From assembly GCF_964355755.1 (NCBI RefSeq), contig NC_092679.1:13003432-13067431 (forward strand): a DNA stretch of 64,000 nt, read 5' to 3'. The translations under genes were made by a program, and so were the position numbers. The stretch is from Antedon mediterranea. Lineage: Eukaryota > Animalia > Echinodermata. The notes under the pieces are model-generated. The model ran no database searches and was not told the DNA's origin. It saw nothing but the letters and a program-made list of their open reading frames with translations. This document shows positions 1 to 11,949 of this stretch, one piece after another (the first letter of the stretch is position 1; each line of letters begins with the position of its first letter).

Positions 1-475
1 TAAAACAGATTATGTTCTTTTTCATCACTTCATATTTTTCTATTTGAGACAAACTTCTAAACTTGTTATAACTCTTCAAAAAATGAGTATTAGCGGTGGA
101 ATGCAGTGCACACTTGCTATTTCTATTGTAGTCTGACCTGTTACCCTTTCCAGATGAAACTACAGCAGCATTTGGAGACTTGATGGTTCAGTTTCAGTCA
201 CGGATGTAGCTTTCTCAAGTAACAATAATTGGCTGTATAGCCATTAAATCAAGCCAGTGAGAAAATATGACCGGTGTCGTTGTTCATAACGCTTTTATAG
301 TAAGCTATTCTGTGTTCTTCTGGTAAATTCTGTTTTATTTGGCTCAGAATGATTTTGCTGTTCAACTCTCCAGATAAACCAATGGTTTCCGCTCTGGTTC
401 CAAATGTTTGAAGGGTTTGTTGGACCAAACGAATTATGGCTGAAATGCTGATCTTGTCCTTACTTTCATCTTTAG

Positions 476-3400
476 ATTCTCTAAATCCGTCAACAGACTA
501 TCCACGACTCTGTGTTTGTCTCAATAGCGTTCATCTAACATTTTCCAAGCTCTAGCAACATCGAAACATTCTTAACCATATTTTGTATTCGGACAGACCA
601 GTTGTTGGTGTTGGTAAGTGTACGATAGTGTGTCAGTTTAATCTGAAAGAGATATACATTGTCTGCATATATTCTAACCATGTTGAAATGAACATGTGCC
701 GTATTTTAACTTCTTTTAACTGTTTTTAAACATAAGGCGCCTACAAAATTGACAATGTTTCTTTCACAACATCAAGCCATTCTTATCAAATCTGAATTAT
801 GTTTATTATGATGGTAATATCGGTAAAGTATCGACAATTTGTCCTCTAACATAGAGAAGTTGTAGATACACGACTAACTTTCGTTGATAACAATTTACAT
901 GTGATCGATATATTACGTTGTAATAAAGAGTGTGTCTATGATTCTTACAAACATGAATTGGCTGATTGTAATTACTCTATAACTCTTATACTGTACTTCT
1001 AGATTTATGTCGGTCTGGTTACACGCCTTACAACGAAACGTGTTACAAAGTGTTCAACGGCACGCTCGAAACTTGGGATGCAGCAAATGCGGCCTGTGAA
1101 GCAGACAATGCGCAATTATTCATGATTGAAGATACGTTTGAACAGCAATTTCTTCGAGGCCTCGTTCCAACATTCTCGCCATACAAATACTGGATTGGGC
1201 TGAAAGACGTTGGGGGTAAGTATGGCTCAGAGACTCCACGTAACTCTTAAATCCACCGCTAACTACACGATAAAAGGGACGTAACTTCGAAAGGGCAAGT
1301 CTATTATTAATCACATAACATGCCGTTTATTATACTCCTTACGACTTTTCAATCATAACAATGTATTTGTTCTAGGGCACTGATACTTTCAAGTGGACAA
1401 ACGGGTCATCGGCGTCTTTTATCAAATGGCTTCCAAACATCATGGCTATCAAATGTGACTGAAGACTGCGGAGCTGCGGCTTTTGTAGATGTCTACGATA
1501 CCAGGGATGTCAGTACTGATCTTGGTGACTGGGACATAATGGACTGCACCGCTATCTTGCCAGCTATCTGCGAGTATCATATGTTAGATTTTGAATACAG
1601 TACGCTAAATCCATGGTTCTTACGTACTGCACTAGACCGTTTGTCAGCAGCCAAACATTAACTGACAAACTTAACCGATAAAGTTCATGTGGAAATGAGG
1701 TTTACGGATTCCGCTCCCGAAAAATTAACCGATAATTATCTCATTCAAATTGGATAATTATCGGATAAATGCAATAAAATACAAATTGTTGCGTTGTGAT
1801 TGGACACTTGGTTTTTCGATAATGACTACACTACATACTATCATAGACTTGATCGCCACAATAAACCTTTAAAGCAGTTATAAAACTGCAATTTTGTAAT
1901 AAAGTAGCACATAAATATTGTCTTTTTTCTTCAGGTGAGGGAACACCAGAACCAGTAGTTTCTTCAGATGAGGGTACACCAGAACCGGTAATTTCTTCAA
2001 ATAAGGGTACACAAGAACCAGTACTAGGACCTGCAAAAGAAGCTGTGATGAGGTACAGCAAATGGACCGAATCTCAGACAAGCGTCTGCCATTATGATGG
2101 GGGATCTAGCCAGTGCGATGCTTGCTTGGCTGGTGCTCATAAATGTGAAAACGGAAAACATACTGTGTGTGTCCGTGATCCTAGTAAATGCCCAGTTCCA
2201 GGTAAGTTTGGAATAAAGAGTCCTGACGGTATAGCTAATATATCACAAGAAGTTCCGTTGCTTATGAACTCAAATTACTTTGTCAACACTGACGCGTAAC
2301 CTATATAAAAAAAGACAAGAACTCCTAAAATTCTGACTAAACAATAATGTTATTATACACTCTCCGAGCACTCCTCGTTCCTATTTTATCATCTTAACAT
2401 GGTTTGATTTCTATCCAATTAAATTTTAGCAATTTCTCGAAGCATCAACACGACTTCAACAATGTAATTAATCGATGAATAAGGCCTTGTGGATTGCGTT
2501 TGCTTTAATTTGTCGATGTTTTTCTTATTATTTCGACAGATTATTATGACCAGGGTTTTGTCATAACTAAGAAGTTGGATGATCCGGATAATGACGTCAT
2601 TTTTGCTTGTAACCCTGCAGTTGGACGTCTATCAGACAAGGTTGTTCCGTCCTGCTATGTACAAGATAATCCACCAGATGGACGCTGGAAAGGTAAACAA
2701 TGATGATTGTTTTATAATGTCCCTCAAAGAATAGCACTGAGGCTATCTGATATTTCAAAACACTTAGAACTTCCATACTTAGAGCCCAAACTGACACGGG
2801 TCATCATAAACATCGATACGGACAGCAAGAGGAATCTCTAACTTGATAAATCGATAAGTATTAGGCCCAACACTGACACTTTCTCCCAAAGATTTTTGGA
2901 TTTGCAGATAACTATCAATGAATGGTTAGGCGTAGGGCCTACATTTCTTTTTTCCATTAATCCTTTCTTGAATGCTTAGCGCCCACAAAACAATGATTTA
3001 AAAATAGGCACATACAATTGCATATATTAATATTTTTCTTATGTCAAAATGAAAAATATATCCCTATACTATTTCATTATAAATATTCTTCAATAGCTCT
3101 ACCAATGAACCTACACAATGTCATTGGATCTGACCACCACACGGGACTTATCTATGGCATTCACATGGACATGCGAAGTTACATGCGCAGTAAAGATCAT
3201 GGTGTAACGTGGCAGTTTATCAGTAAAGACGCCTGGGACTCTTTGACAAAAAGTTTGCCGGACTTCAAGACGGCCAGAACTAGTGAAAACAACTGGCTGT
3301 GTGAGTTTATATCATTATTTACTTCCCACTAAGGTCTCACTGTCATGTACGTCCAATGCGAGTAATTTGACAAATCACTAGCGACGCCTTGTCTGAACTG

Positions 3401-3707
3401 TCGCTTGTGATTGGTCAAACCTGAGCTTCCTAACTTTGCTTCAAAACTGAAATAATTACACTACAGTGTATTGTTTTTAAGTGCCACAATCTTAAATGCT
3501 AAAAATGGGCTGACCATTGAATATAACGAAATAACCAGTTCTACGTAATATGAAATCAACTAATCAAGGCAATAATATAATTTTGTGATAATGATGATTA
3601 GGTTTTATGCTACTTTGCTCATTCAACACATTTCTATTTTTTCAACAGATGATGACAGTGGCCTAAAGTATAATGGAGTTTTGAAAATGAAAAAAGACTG
3701 CTCCTAA
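476..3707 (+). pseudogene. 3' part of a multi-exon C-type lectin domain gene with Pro/Thr/Glu linker, Cys-rich module and Asp-box-like C-terminal domain; 5' exons carry lesions
   Basis: AG/GT-bounded exons 476-613, 1003-1215 (LCRSGYTPYNETCYKVF...WDAANAAC...YWIGLKD), 1376-1599 (FKWTNGS...DCGA...GDWDIMDC...AICEY), 1935-2201, 2540-2692, 3097-3300 (YMRSKDHGVTW), 3649-3707 (stop TAA). Lesions: in-frame TAG 553-555, phase mismatch 1215/1376, frameshift ~1439. Exons from 1935 onward splice in phase. Confidence 0.75.
1929..2025 (+). repeat. 3 x 33-bp coding repeat (EGTPEPVVSS-like linker)
   Basis: gagggaacaccagaaccagtagtttcttca / gagggtacaccagaaccggtaatttcttca / aagggtacacaagaaccagta at the start of exon 1935-2201. 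Confidence 0.85.
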
Positions 3708-4255
3708 ATCATGGAATTTCAGCGGTTAAAAAGTCATATTCAACTTTCGCAAATATTATGCAATTTATATATTTCAGTCCTAGTGTGGTTTTTAAATTCA
3801 ATCAAAAATATAACTTTGAAATTTACAGTATTTCTAAATCTTAAAATTGTTTTAATTAAATATTAATATGTTTGGTATTTGCATTGTGTATCAGAAAGTA
3901 TTGCTATATATTAGTCAAAATTAAATTTTGTTTTCACATGAGTAAATCATTTTAAATATTTTGAATGGTTCGGCCTAATAATAATATTTGTTTTTGTCAC
4001 GCATGACGTTTCATACATATATAAAATCTTGTTACAAAAGCCAGCATAGGATTGTTTAGTAATTCTCAAAATCACACCTTTCTTTGAAAATATGCAACTT
4101 AGTAGTACAACAGGTGAAAGTTGCCATAACTCTATCGGTCATTAGGGTTTTTTTAGATATGGCAATTCAATGTAATTTGCATATTTCATATAACTTGTAC
4201 TACTAATTTGCATAATTTCGGAAACTTTTGGAATTACTAAACGGTCCTATAATGG

Positions 4256-4480
4256 ATTGTAATTGTAGTTTTGCGTCAAGGAGTTGAGTAATTAGATGTT
4301 TTGCTCTACTCTGACGTAATTTGTACTTTATACTAAGTACATTTGAGAATACTTGCGAAAGAATTCGCAAGTAGTTCTCGGGTAGGACTCGAACCCACGA
4401 CCTCCAGATCACTAGCCTGGCGTTCATACCTCTAGACCACCGAGCTTGCGCTGATGGCTACTGGTTAGATTATTTGGTCA
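4256..4480 (-). mobile_element. tRNA-derived SINE with 8-bp TSD
   Basis: TSD TATAATGG at 4248-4255 and 4481-4488. It interrupts a repeat whose uninterrupted copy is at ~4805-4875. Contains a tRNA-like head and a short TACAAT-repeat 3' tail. Confidence 0.75.
4375..4446 (-). tRNA. tRNA-Thr(AGT)-like sequence (SINE head, probably not a functional tRNA)
   Basis: Minus strand AGCTCGG TG GTCTAGAGGTATGAAC G CCAGG CTAGTGA TCTGG AGGTC GTGGG TTCGAGT CCTAC CCGAGAA. Cloverleaf with A/B boxes and anticodon AGT, but two acceptor-stem mismatches. Confidence 0.55.
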
Positions 4481-5151
4481 TATAATGGTTATATAAAACC
4501 TGTATCCAAGTCATTTGAGGCTAAAACAAGGTCTGTGCATCCATTTTAGTTGCATTATATGCAAATATTGAGAAATAGGGTCGAGGTTCAAATGTCATAC
4601 TTTCGATAATTTTTTCGTAAAATGGTTTATTAGAGCGAATATAAATATGTACATTCTGAATAAGGCTTTGAAAAAATTGTCTAGCATTAATGGTTTTCGA
4701 GATATGGGAAGACTGTAATTTCACCCCCTTATTTCACATTTCATATAATTTGTACAACTAATTAGCATAATTTCGAGATGCGTGACAAAGGCTTGATTTT
4801 GGGAATTACAAAGCGGTCCTATGCCGACAATATAGGAAACCTGTATCGGAGTCATTTGAATCTAAAACAAAGTCTTTCCAGTCATTTTTCGTAAAATATT
4901 TTATTAGAGCAAATATAAATATATACATTTTGAAAAAAAATCAGTGAAAAAATAAACTATCTTGGACTAGTAGTTTTGGAGATACGATAACCCTGTAATT
5001 TCACCCTAATTTGCATATTTAAGCTAATTTGCATATCATCGGGATGAGTGACAGAAGTGTGATGCTCAAATTTTAATTTCCACATCATATGTGACCATTT
5101 AAAAAAGGAAAATCTCTGTTTGCAATTTGTTTCACTAAAAATGATAGATTG

Positions 5152-5700
5152 CCTAGTCTATTTCGCTGTGCTCCACCACTGGCGCCAAATTGGATCCACT
5201 GGAGCACAGGTAATCCCATACAAAAATATAATGAAACTTAATTGGGTCAACTGGAGCACAGTGTGTTAACATACGAAAATATATTAACATTCAGCGACTT
5301 ATTTCTATTTTATATAACTGTGCTCCACTGGTGCCAAATTGTGTACACTTGAGCACAGTGTATTAACATACGAAAAGATATTAAAACTTAAGTGACTTCA
5401 AATTAGGTCCACTTGAGCACAGTGTATTAACATACGAACAGATATTGGAACTTAAGTGACTTTATTTCTATTTTATATCACTGTGCTCCACTGGCGCCAA
5501 ATCGGGTCCACTTGAGCACAGTGTATTAAAATACGAAAAGATATTAAAATTAAGTGACTCTATTTCTATTTATATCACTGTGCTCCACCGGCGCCAAATT
5601 AGGTCCATTTGAGCGCAGTGTATTAACATATGAAACGATATTAAAAGTAGTGACTTATATCACTGTGCTACCCTGGTGCTAAATTGGGTCCACTTGAGCA
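5152..5700. repeat. ~100-bp tandem repeat with internal palindromes; probable non-autonomous Helitron-type end
   Basis: Five recurring ctgtgct...aaa..g.....act.gagc(a)cag blocks at ~5166, 5318, 5481, 5578, 5663. CTAG at 5153 lies next to a hairpin. Abuts a Helitron helicase relic. Confidence 0.75.
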
Positions 5701-5701
5701 G

Positions 5702-7535
5702 TTACCGCCGTAGTACTATTTCTATTATTGAAGAGAACATGGACTCGCTGAAGGTTTCACAAAAAGGCAACCACATTGAGAGTTCCACGTGGTACTTTTC
5801 GTGAATATACCGATGACTTAAACCAATAAAAGAACTTAAGGCAAAAATGACAGATGTGGACATCTTTCTAAAGAAAATCATTGATAGATATGTTTCCCGA
5901 CCTGACACTTGAAACGATCTTTGTCTAGCAGAATTTGCGGCAAATTACTAAGTGACCTCTGTTGAAAAAGAAGAAGCAGATGATAGTGTTCCAATTGTGC
6001 TTGATAACAGTGCAGGTGTAGAGCAGAACACAAGCAGAGATAGGTTGCTCAAACGCATTAAACTGAAAGATGGCAATAATATGATGTTTAGGCGAAAGTT
6101 CGAAGCTGTGATAAAACTTCGCAAATGAAACTCCGAGAAAGATTCCATGAATTTTTATCGAGCAAAACTTATGTTGTATTTGCTATGGCGAGATGAAGAG
6201 ACTGACTTGATCGGCAACTATCCAGATTTCGCATCTCATTATCATGCAGTTTATCATCGAGTTAGTGATAATGGAGCAAAATTCATTGAAAACCGGACCT
6301 TGAGCTCATAGATCAAGCAATTCATGAGAATGCAGTGTAATGCTAATTTGTTTGCAAGATGTAAATGAGGGTGTTGAAGTTGAACGTGATCAAACTGATT
6401 CATTCAGACAACAGAAAGTTGCTTTTACGAATCATAAAGCCAAAATATGACAGTTCTCCTGACAGCACCAACAGGTGTTGCAGCTTTTAACGTGGGAGGA
6501 ATGACAGTCATTCTGCTTTGCTATTAAGAGTCAAGAAATATGGACAAGAAGGTGAACCACTAACGTTTGAGAAGTTAACATCCTGCGATCTAGACTTGAG
6601 AACCTACAACTGGTTATCATTGATGAAGTTTTAATAATTGGTTCCGATTTGCTTTTCAACATTCGTCACAAGCCATTAGAGGAAAGTAAAGGTCAGTCTG
6701 GTGACAATATTTTGTTTGGCAACGTTTGTTTTCTTGCTGTAGGAGACCTTTACCAGCTACCGCCTGTGAAACAGTCACACATTTATGCTCAAGTACATGA
6801 TAGAATGGAGAGACTCAATGGTTCACTGTGGAAAGACCACTTTAAACTACATGAGTTGGATAAAGTTATGCGACAGAAAGATTATCAAGCTTTAGCCGAA
6901 ATGATCTGTCAAATTAGAGTTGCCAAACAAACTGACGATGATATTGAAGTGCTAAAATCCCAAGTGATACCTGCAGAAGACGACAACTATCCGGAAGATG
7001 TCCTGCATGTTTATGCTTCTAAATCTTGATGTTGATGAAATAAATGAGAGAAAACTGAAATGTCTTGCACCGCTTGAAGAACAACGAATTCGTATCGTCG
7101 CGTCGGATGACAAATGTGACAGCACAGGTCTGCTGGTGAATGTACAGAATATTGCATCTTCTAAAGAATGTTAGGAGACAGCGGGATTGCACACAATGTT
7201 GATTCTAGCTGAAGGATCACGATTCATGCTGACATATAAAGTTGACACAGCAGATGGCTTGGTAAATGGCGTCAAGGGAACGGTTACTGTAGTTGTAAAA
7301 AAAGACAAAGAGATGGTACTAACTGTTCTTCTTTGCTTTGATAATGAGAAAGTTGAACTAAAGGCGAGATCTGCAAGCCAATTGAAAGACATATACCCAC
7401 TTATAGTTCTAATTAAGCGTCATGAAGGTAAATTTGACAAAAGTGGAAAAAAAGGTGCACAAATTGCCCGGAGGCAGTTTCCTTTGACGTTAGCGTGGGC
7501 TGTGACAATTCATAAATGTCAATGACTCACTGTTG
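5702..7535 (+). mobile_element. Helitron/Helentron Rep-helicase (PIF1-like) relic, frameshifted
   Basis: Motifs DRYVSRP..LCLAEFAANY, LMLYLLWRDE, LTAPTGVAAFNVGG, LVIIDEV, GDLYQLPPV, ELDKVMRQKD, DGLVNG, RRQFPLTLAWAVTIHKCQ; many stops and frameshifts. Confidence 0.9.
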
Positions 7536-7967
7536 CTTTTAATAGATTGATCAAAATGAACGAGGATCTTCTAAAACAAATAGAAGCTGCATCTATAACG
7601 GCATCGCTCTAGTTCGTTTCTTTTCAAGTCAAAATTACGGACAGGATGTTAAGAAATACAGCAGAAGAAAGTGATTGAGCAGACTTTGTCCGGCGGTGCT
7701 TCGAGAATAAAATCTCAAGCTGTCGAAATTGAGGGCCTTACGAGGCATCTTCGAATTCAAACAGCCGAATAAAAAAAAACAACAATTCGCTCAAGAAAAC
7801 CAAGCTTCGAGCAGTAAAACAACTGTAGAGCCTAAATGTGAAATTAGGGTGGGTCTCTCCGAAGCCACCTTTTTAAAACCAAGAGAGAGTGATGAGGATT
7901 TGCTGTTGGCGTTAGATTCACCATTAATTCCAAAAAGAGGAAAAAGAGTAGGCCTTATTATGATAAC

Positions 7968-8140
7968 AAAATAAGTATCTTTGTCAAGCTCACCAAGCTT
8001 CTGGTCATTACGCAAATAAGTTTCCACAAAAGACAGAACATCACCATCATTGAATGCTGTATCTACCTGCATGTCCTTTACATGCTCTAGGTATGACCTG
8101 ATGTTCAAAAACATGATCACCAGACTGTAATGTTAAACAA
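7968..8140 (-). mobile_element. APE/EEP endonuclease N-terminal fragment of Helentron type, inverted
   Basis: FLNIRSYLEHVKDMQVD...DVLSFVETYL resembles the N.RS..H..D....D+++F.ETWL start of Helentron endonuclease domains. Confidence 0.6.
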
Positions 8141-8589
8141 AACCGACGTTTTTGAGAATGATGTGTTTTGACCTTATTGTATTGTAGTAATTTGGAGTCA
8201 TTCGAATCAAAATTCTGAGCGCTAGAGTGATGACAAGCAAACACACACACAAAAACCGAACAATAGAACAACAACGCGAAAAACAAATAAGAGAATTTAA
8301 AAAGAAATAGGGTTTTTAAACTACTCGCATCAAAAACCTTGTATAATAAATCTAATTATGGTTTAAAATTCACAAATAACAAATTATAACGCTTTCCTAT
8401 TGTACAAAAATGAAGTTTTTCGACGTAATTGAACATTTTATGTTTATTAACATATTGTGAAAAAATGGCCGGTTGGAAATTCGTCTGGTTTTTTTCTTTC
8501 TGCACTTCCACATTTAATTAAAGGTATTTTATTAATATATTTTAGTATTTATTAGTAAGGGTATCACCGACTGCTTCTACATTTAGGAA

Positions 8590-8880
8590 GAAAGTTTTAT
8601 TTTATTCTCTTTTGTGGGGTAACACCACTTTTATTCACATCCATATTATCTTTCATGTCATCACATAAGATCACAATTATTTATCACATTTTTGTTAATT
8701 CTTAATGTCATCACAATTTGATAATTTATTATTTTAAACAATGTTTTCCGGAATTGAGTATTATTAACATTATTAAATATTAACAATTTATATACAACAT
8801 TGAAATTATCCTTGTGGTTTTTGATATTCGTTCACACACTGGTGATGGTAAATTAATCAAATATATCGTTAACTAGATAT
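8590..8880 (-). mobile_element. 3' end fragment of L1/Tx1-like LINE (same family as 60450-61032)
   Basis: Shares ttttgtgg...aacaccacttttattcacat.catattatct with 60461-60503; right boundary approximate. Confidence 0.5.
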
Positions 8881-9490
8881 GATATTAAATTATTTTTTCC
8901 TAAATCATTTACACAATGTACGCATATCGAATAAAAAATATTGGCACGTCACGAGTCGCGTAAGGCGCGTCATGAAGACGAAATATTGAAAGGTGATTTT
9001 CAGGTGTGAAAGAAACCGAAGGCGTAACTACAGTATTTTAATAATTGCGATAGTGGAACTGAACAATGCTTACAAGAAACCGGTTAAAATAACTGTGGAG
9101 TGAATGCTTTTAATAATTTTCTAAATTCTAGATTTTGTCTTTTTATTTATTTATTTCCACTTTAGTTAGAGAGGGTATCCCTTCTAGCCGAACCCACAGG
9201 CAAGCTGGTATACAGGCCCTCTAAAATATAATTATTATACTTAACTAAGTTAAAATCTTTACAATATGACATTCAACAACAAAAAATACCATAGAATATA
9301 TTTTTAAAACTTTTTAAGTCTTGGATTTGTTCATGCGTTTATTTAAGAATCAGCAAAGAATTTAACCCAATAATTAATGTTTAATAGAATAATAATTAGT
9401 TTGTTATAATTTTGTTATTCTTATTGTTTATTTAGGTGTTATATTCAAGTAAAGTTTTTTTTATATTTTTAATAATGATGTTATATGTAG

Positions 9491-9670
9491 TCAACAAGGA
9501 TCCTCCTGGAATATATATGACAAACATTAGTTACAGTGACAACACACATTTTGTCATCAGTTATTCAGAATGTCGGATTAATCCAACCTTTCGCTGTCGA
9601 TTATGATACCAGCACATTAACACTGTATTGGTCTGATGGCAGCAAGCACACCATTGAACCATTGAACGGT
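9491..9670 (+). pseudogene. Isolated LDL-receptor class B (YWTD) repeat pseudo-exon
   Basis: AG acceptor 9489-9490; VNKDPPGIYMTNISY, then frameshift to GLIQPFAVDYDTSTLTLYWSDGSKHTIE (P.A+DYD...LYWSD signature). Confidence 0.6.
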
Positions 9671-10108
9671 TTTCACTTTTCACTAACCAACATGAAGTGT
9701 AATGTAGTAAGATTTGTTCCACCAAAGTGCTTAAGGCGCATGTGAAAACTACCCAATCTAGACAAAAACCACATAATCGCATTTTGTTTACCAGTTAAGA
9801 CGCACAGACTGGCTAGTACATAACTAGGTATTCTCAGTTACCCGAGTATTACCTAGACAAATAAAAACCAAAAGTATATAATTATAGCCAACATAAAGAA
9901 GCAGATTAAATCGGATAGTTTATTGCCTCAAAATGAATATTACGTATTATCCTGATAATAATTAAATATAAATAACAAAAAAAAGTCATCATGAATCAAC
10001 GTTTAGCTCAATCATTAACATATTGAAACGTTCATTCGACCCTTGAATGTGGATGTATCCACTATTACAATGTAATTCATAATTTTAAACAAATGTTGTT
10101 ATTGCAGA

Positions 10109-10712
10109 TTGATTCCGTTGTTATAGTAGCTATGACAGACGAAGACCTCTATAAATTCATTCCTCTCCTTGGGGATAGAATTGCTGTGGGTGAATTTTGC
10201 AAAGACAACAAACGCAATAGTAAAAGTAAAAAAGAAACAGTTTTGCAGAAGCTTACAAAAATTGAAAAAGAGAAGCGAAAAGGACGATGATGATGAGGAG
10301 GAGAAGTTAGGCAACTTCCTCGAAACACGCCCAAGCACTCTGATGGGAAACAAAAATGCCCCCAAAAACAAATCGGAAGATAGACATAGGGTGGTTAGAC
10401 TACCACCTTGAGCTTAAAATGTACAGGTAGGTTCGTAAACAGAAAGGAGGAGGCACTAGGCCGCCGACAGTGCCAAAGTCTACTCGTTATAATGAGTTAC
10501 TGAAGATCGCCAATAACCTATTCTTTAAAGACGGATTATCATCCAAAGGAAAACTAAGCGATTTAAACTGCCAAATGTGTGACTTCAGACAACATCCGTT
10601 GAAGAAAGATATGAATGTTGGGAAACTATATTCTGAATGTAAAATGGCGGTCCTTCGGTTCTACCTTCAAACGACTCTACTTGGCAAAAAAAAAAAAAGA
10701 TGTTGTTCGTAA
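10109..10712 (+). pseudogene. Decayed fragment of a multicopy invertebrate protein family (SAM-like helix, IGW...GGGTR...LRFYL module; often N-terminal to HECT domains)
   Basis: MTDEDLYKFIPLLGDRIAV; GNKNA; IDIGWL...YR*VRKQKGGGTR; LFFKDGLSSKGKL; LRFYLQT; stops and frameshifts. Family link is from recall. Confidence 0.4.
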
Positions 10713-10929
10713 ACGAAAGAGAAGCGGTGAATTATTTGATGACGACCGGGATGATTTACCGTTGGTTGAAACAACAACTAACCGTAACTAGCTGTATGTA
10801 AGAGATGGGTAATTGCAGAGGAGCGAATGAGCAATTTGCTTTAGCCTTAATTTCAAAGTAAATTCAAAGTAAGGTAACCCAACAGAGTGCATAATTAGTA
10901 TTTTAGTGAATTCATTCATACTGTTCGCT

Positions 10930-11132
10930 GATATAGGGCAGGTATATGGACTGATCTGATGATAGAACAAGTAATGATGAGATCCATAAAAAGCAAAGGA
11001 GGACTGACAAGAGGCAAAAGCATGACTGAAACTGTTTACTTGCAATGAATATATAGCATGCACAAATGTGCTGGAGTGCATGATGTCATGACAACAATGA
11101 CCAAATTGAAGCACATGACAAGTTAGCAACAT
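10930..11132 (+). mobile_element. Academ (AcademX) transposase fragment
   Basis: AGIWTDLMIEQVMMRSIKSKGGLTRGKSMTETV..Q*IYSMHKCA. Confidence 0.6.
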
Positions 11133-11560
11133 CTATAAATGAGTACTTCAAAACGAAATCGGGATTACAAAGTTTCTTTAAGGATATTTTTCTGTAAAGT
11201 AAAGGTAGATTGTTCCACAGTTTTGCGCCTCTAATTGTAACATCAAATTGACCAGATGAAGTACGAAATTGTGGTATAATTAAATTAAAATTATTTTCAA
11301 GCCTTGTATTTTTCATATGCGCTACATAATTAATGTACAAATTAATTGGGTGAGGCAATCTACAATATAATAAATCAGATAGGAATTTTAAAACATAAAG
11401 GTCATATAACTTAAAGATATCCAAAATACGAAGTTGCTTTAATAAAGGTGCAGAATGAGCTCTAGCCTATATTCAGATAAAGTAACACAACAAACATACA
11501 TACATTTTTTTAATAAGAAATAATTTATTTAAGAAGAATATGTGCTACCCCAGACCTTAA
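11133..11560 (-). mobile_element. L2/CR1-group LINE ORF2 3' fragment
   Basis: SAPLLKQLRILDIFKLY...NTR...RTSSGQF..RGAKLWNNLP. Confidence 0.7.
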
Positions 11561-11599
11561 TTTACAAACTCCGTATACATTACCGCCAGAACTTTATTC

Positions 11600-11910
11600 T
11601 AACTTACTCTGGCATTCTGGATGGATGTTCACCAACGCAACAAAGCCGAGGTTTTATTCAAACCACGATTTCTGCAAATTCAACCGCAAAATCCGAGGTG
11701 TTGATGTTACCAATTATTGTTTTTAATCCCACAGATGAAACGTGCATCTATTCAACAATGCTATACATTATAAAGCCAGCACGGGCATTAACCTACAGAC
11801 ATAACGTTCGACCAACCACTGTGGATTAAAGGGCTCGGGCTTAGAAGAAGCTATGGAAGAGGTATATGGCTCTAATTCTGTTTTTCACATAATGTTTCTT
11901 GGTGGAAAAT
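11600..11910 (+). mobile_element. Academ (AcademX) transposase fragment
   Basis: KSEVLMLPII..NPTDETCIYSTM...FDQPLWIK; SGLEEAMEEVYGSNSV. Confidence 0.6.
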
Positions 11911-11949
11911 ATTTTACCACATTAAAAGCTACAATCCAAGCATTAACCA

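Larger units (their letters stand above)
4160..5060. repeat. Degenerate tandem duplication (~300-bp units) hosting the SINE
   Basis: tttcatataa(c/t)ttgtac.actaatt.gcataatttcg at ~4183 and ~4739; aaacctgtatc..agtcatttga..ctaaaacaa at ~4496 and ~4838. Confidence 0.7.

Noticed and set aside
4375-4446. Functional tRNA-Thr gene
   Set aside because: Acceptor-stem and D-stem mismatches; lies inside a TSD-bounded insertion, so better explained as a SINE head
5152-5700. CRISPR-like look of the palindromic repeats (also 43072-45815 and 56611-57143)
   Set aside because: Intervening sequences are themselves repeated (no unique spacers), there are no cas genes, and the context is eukaryotic with introns
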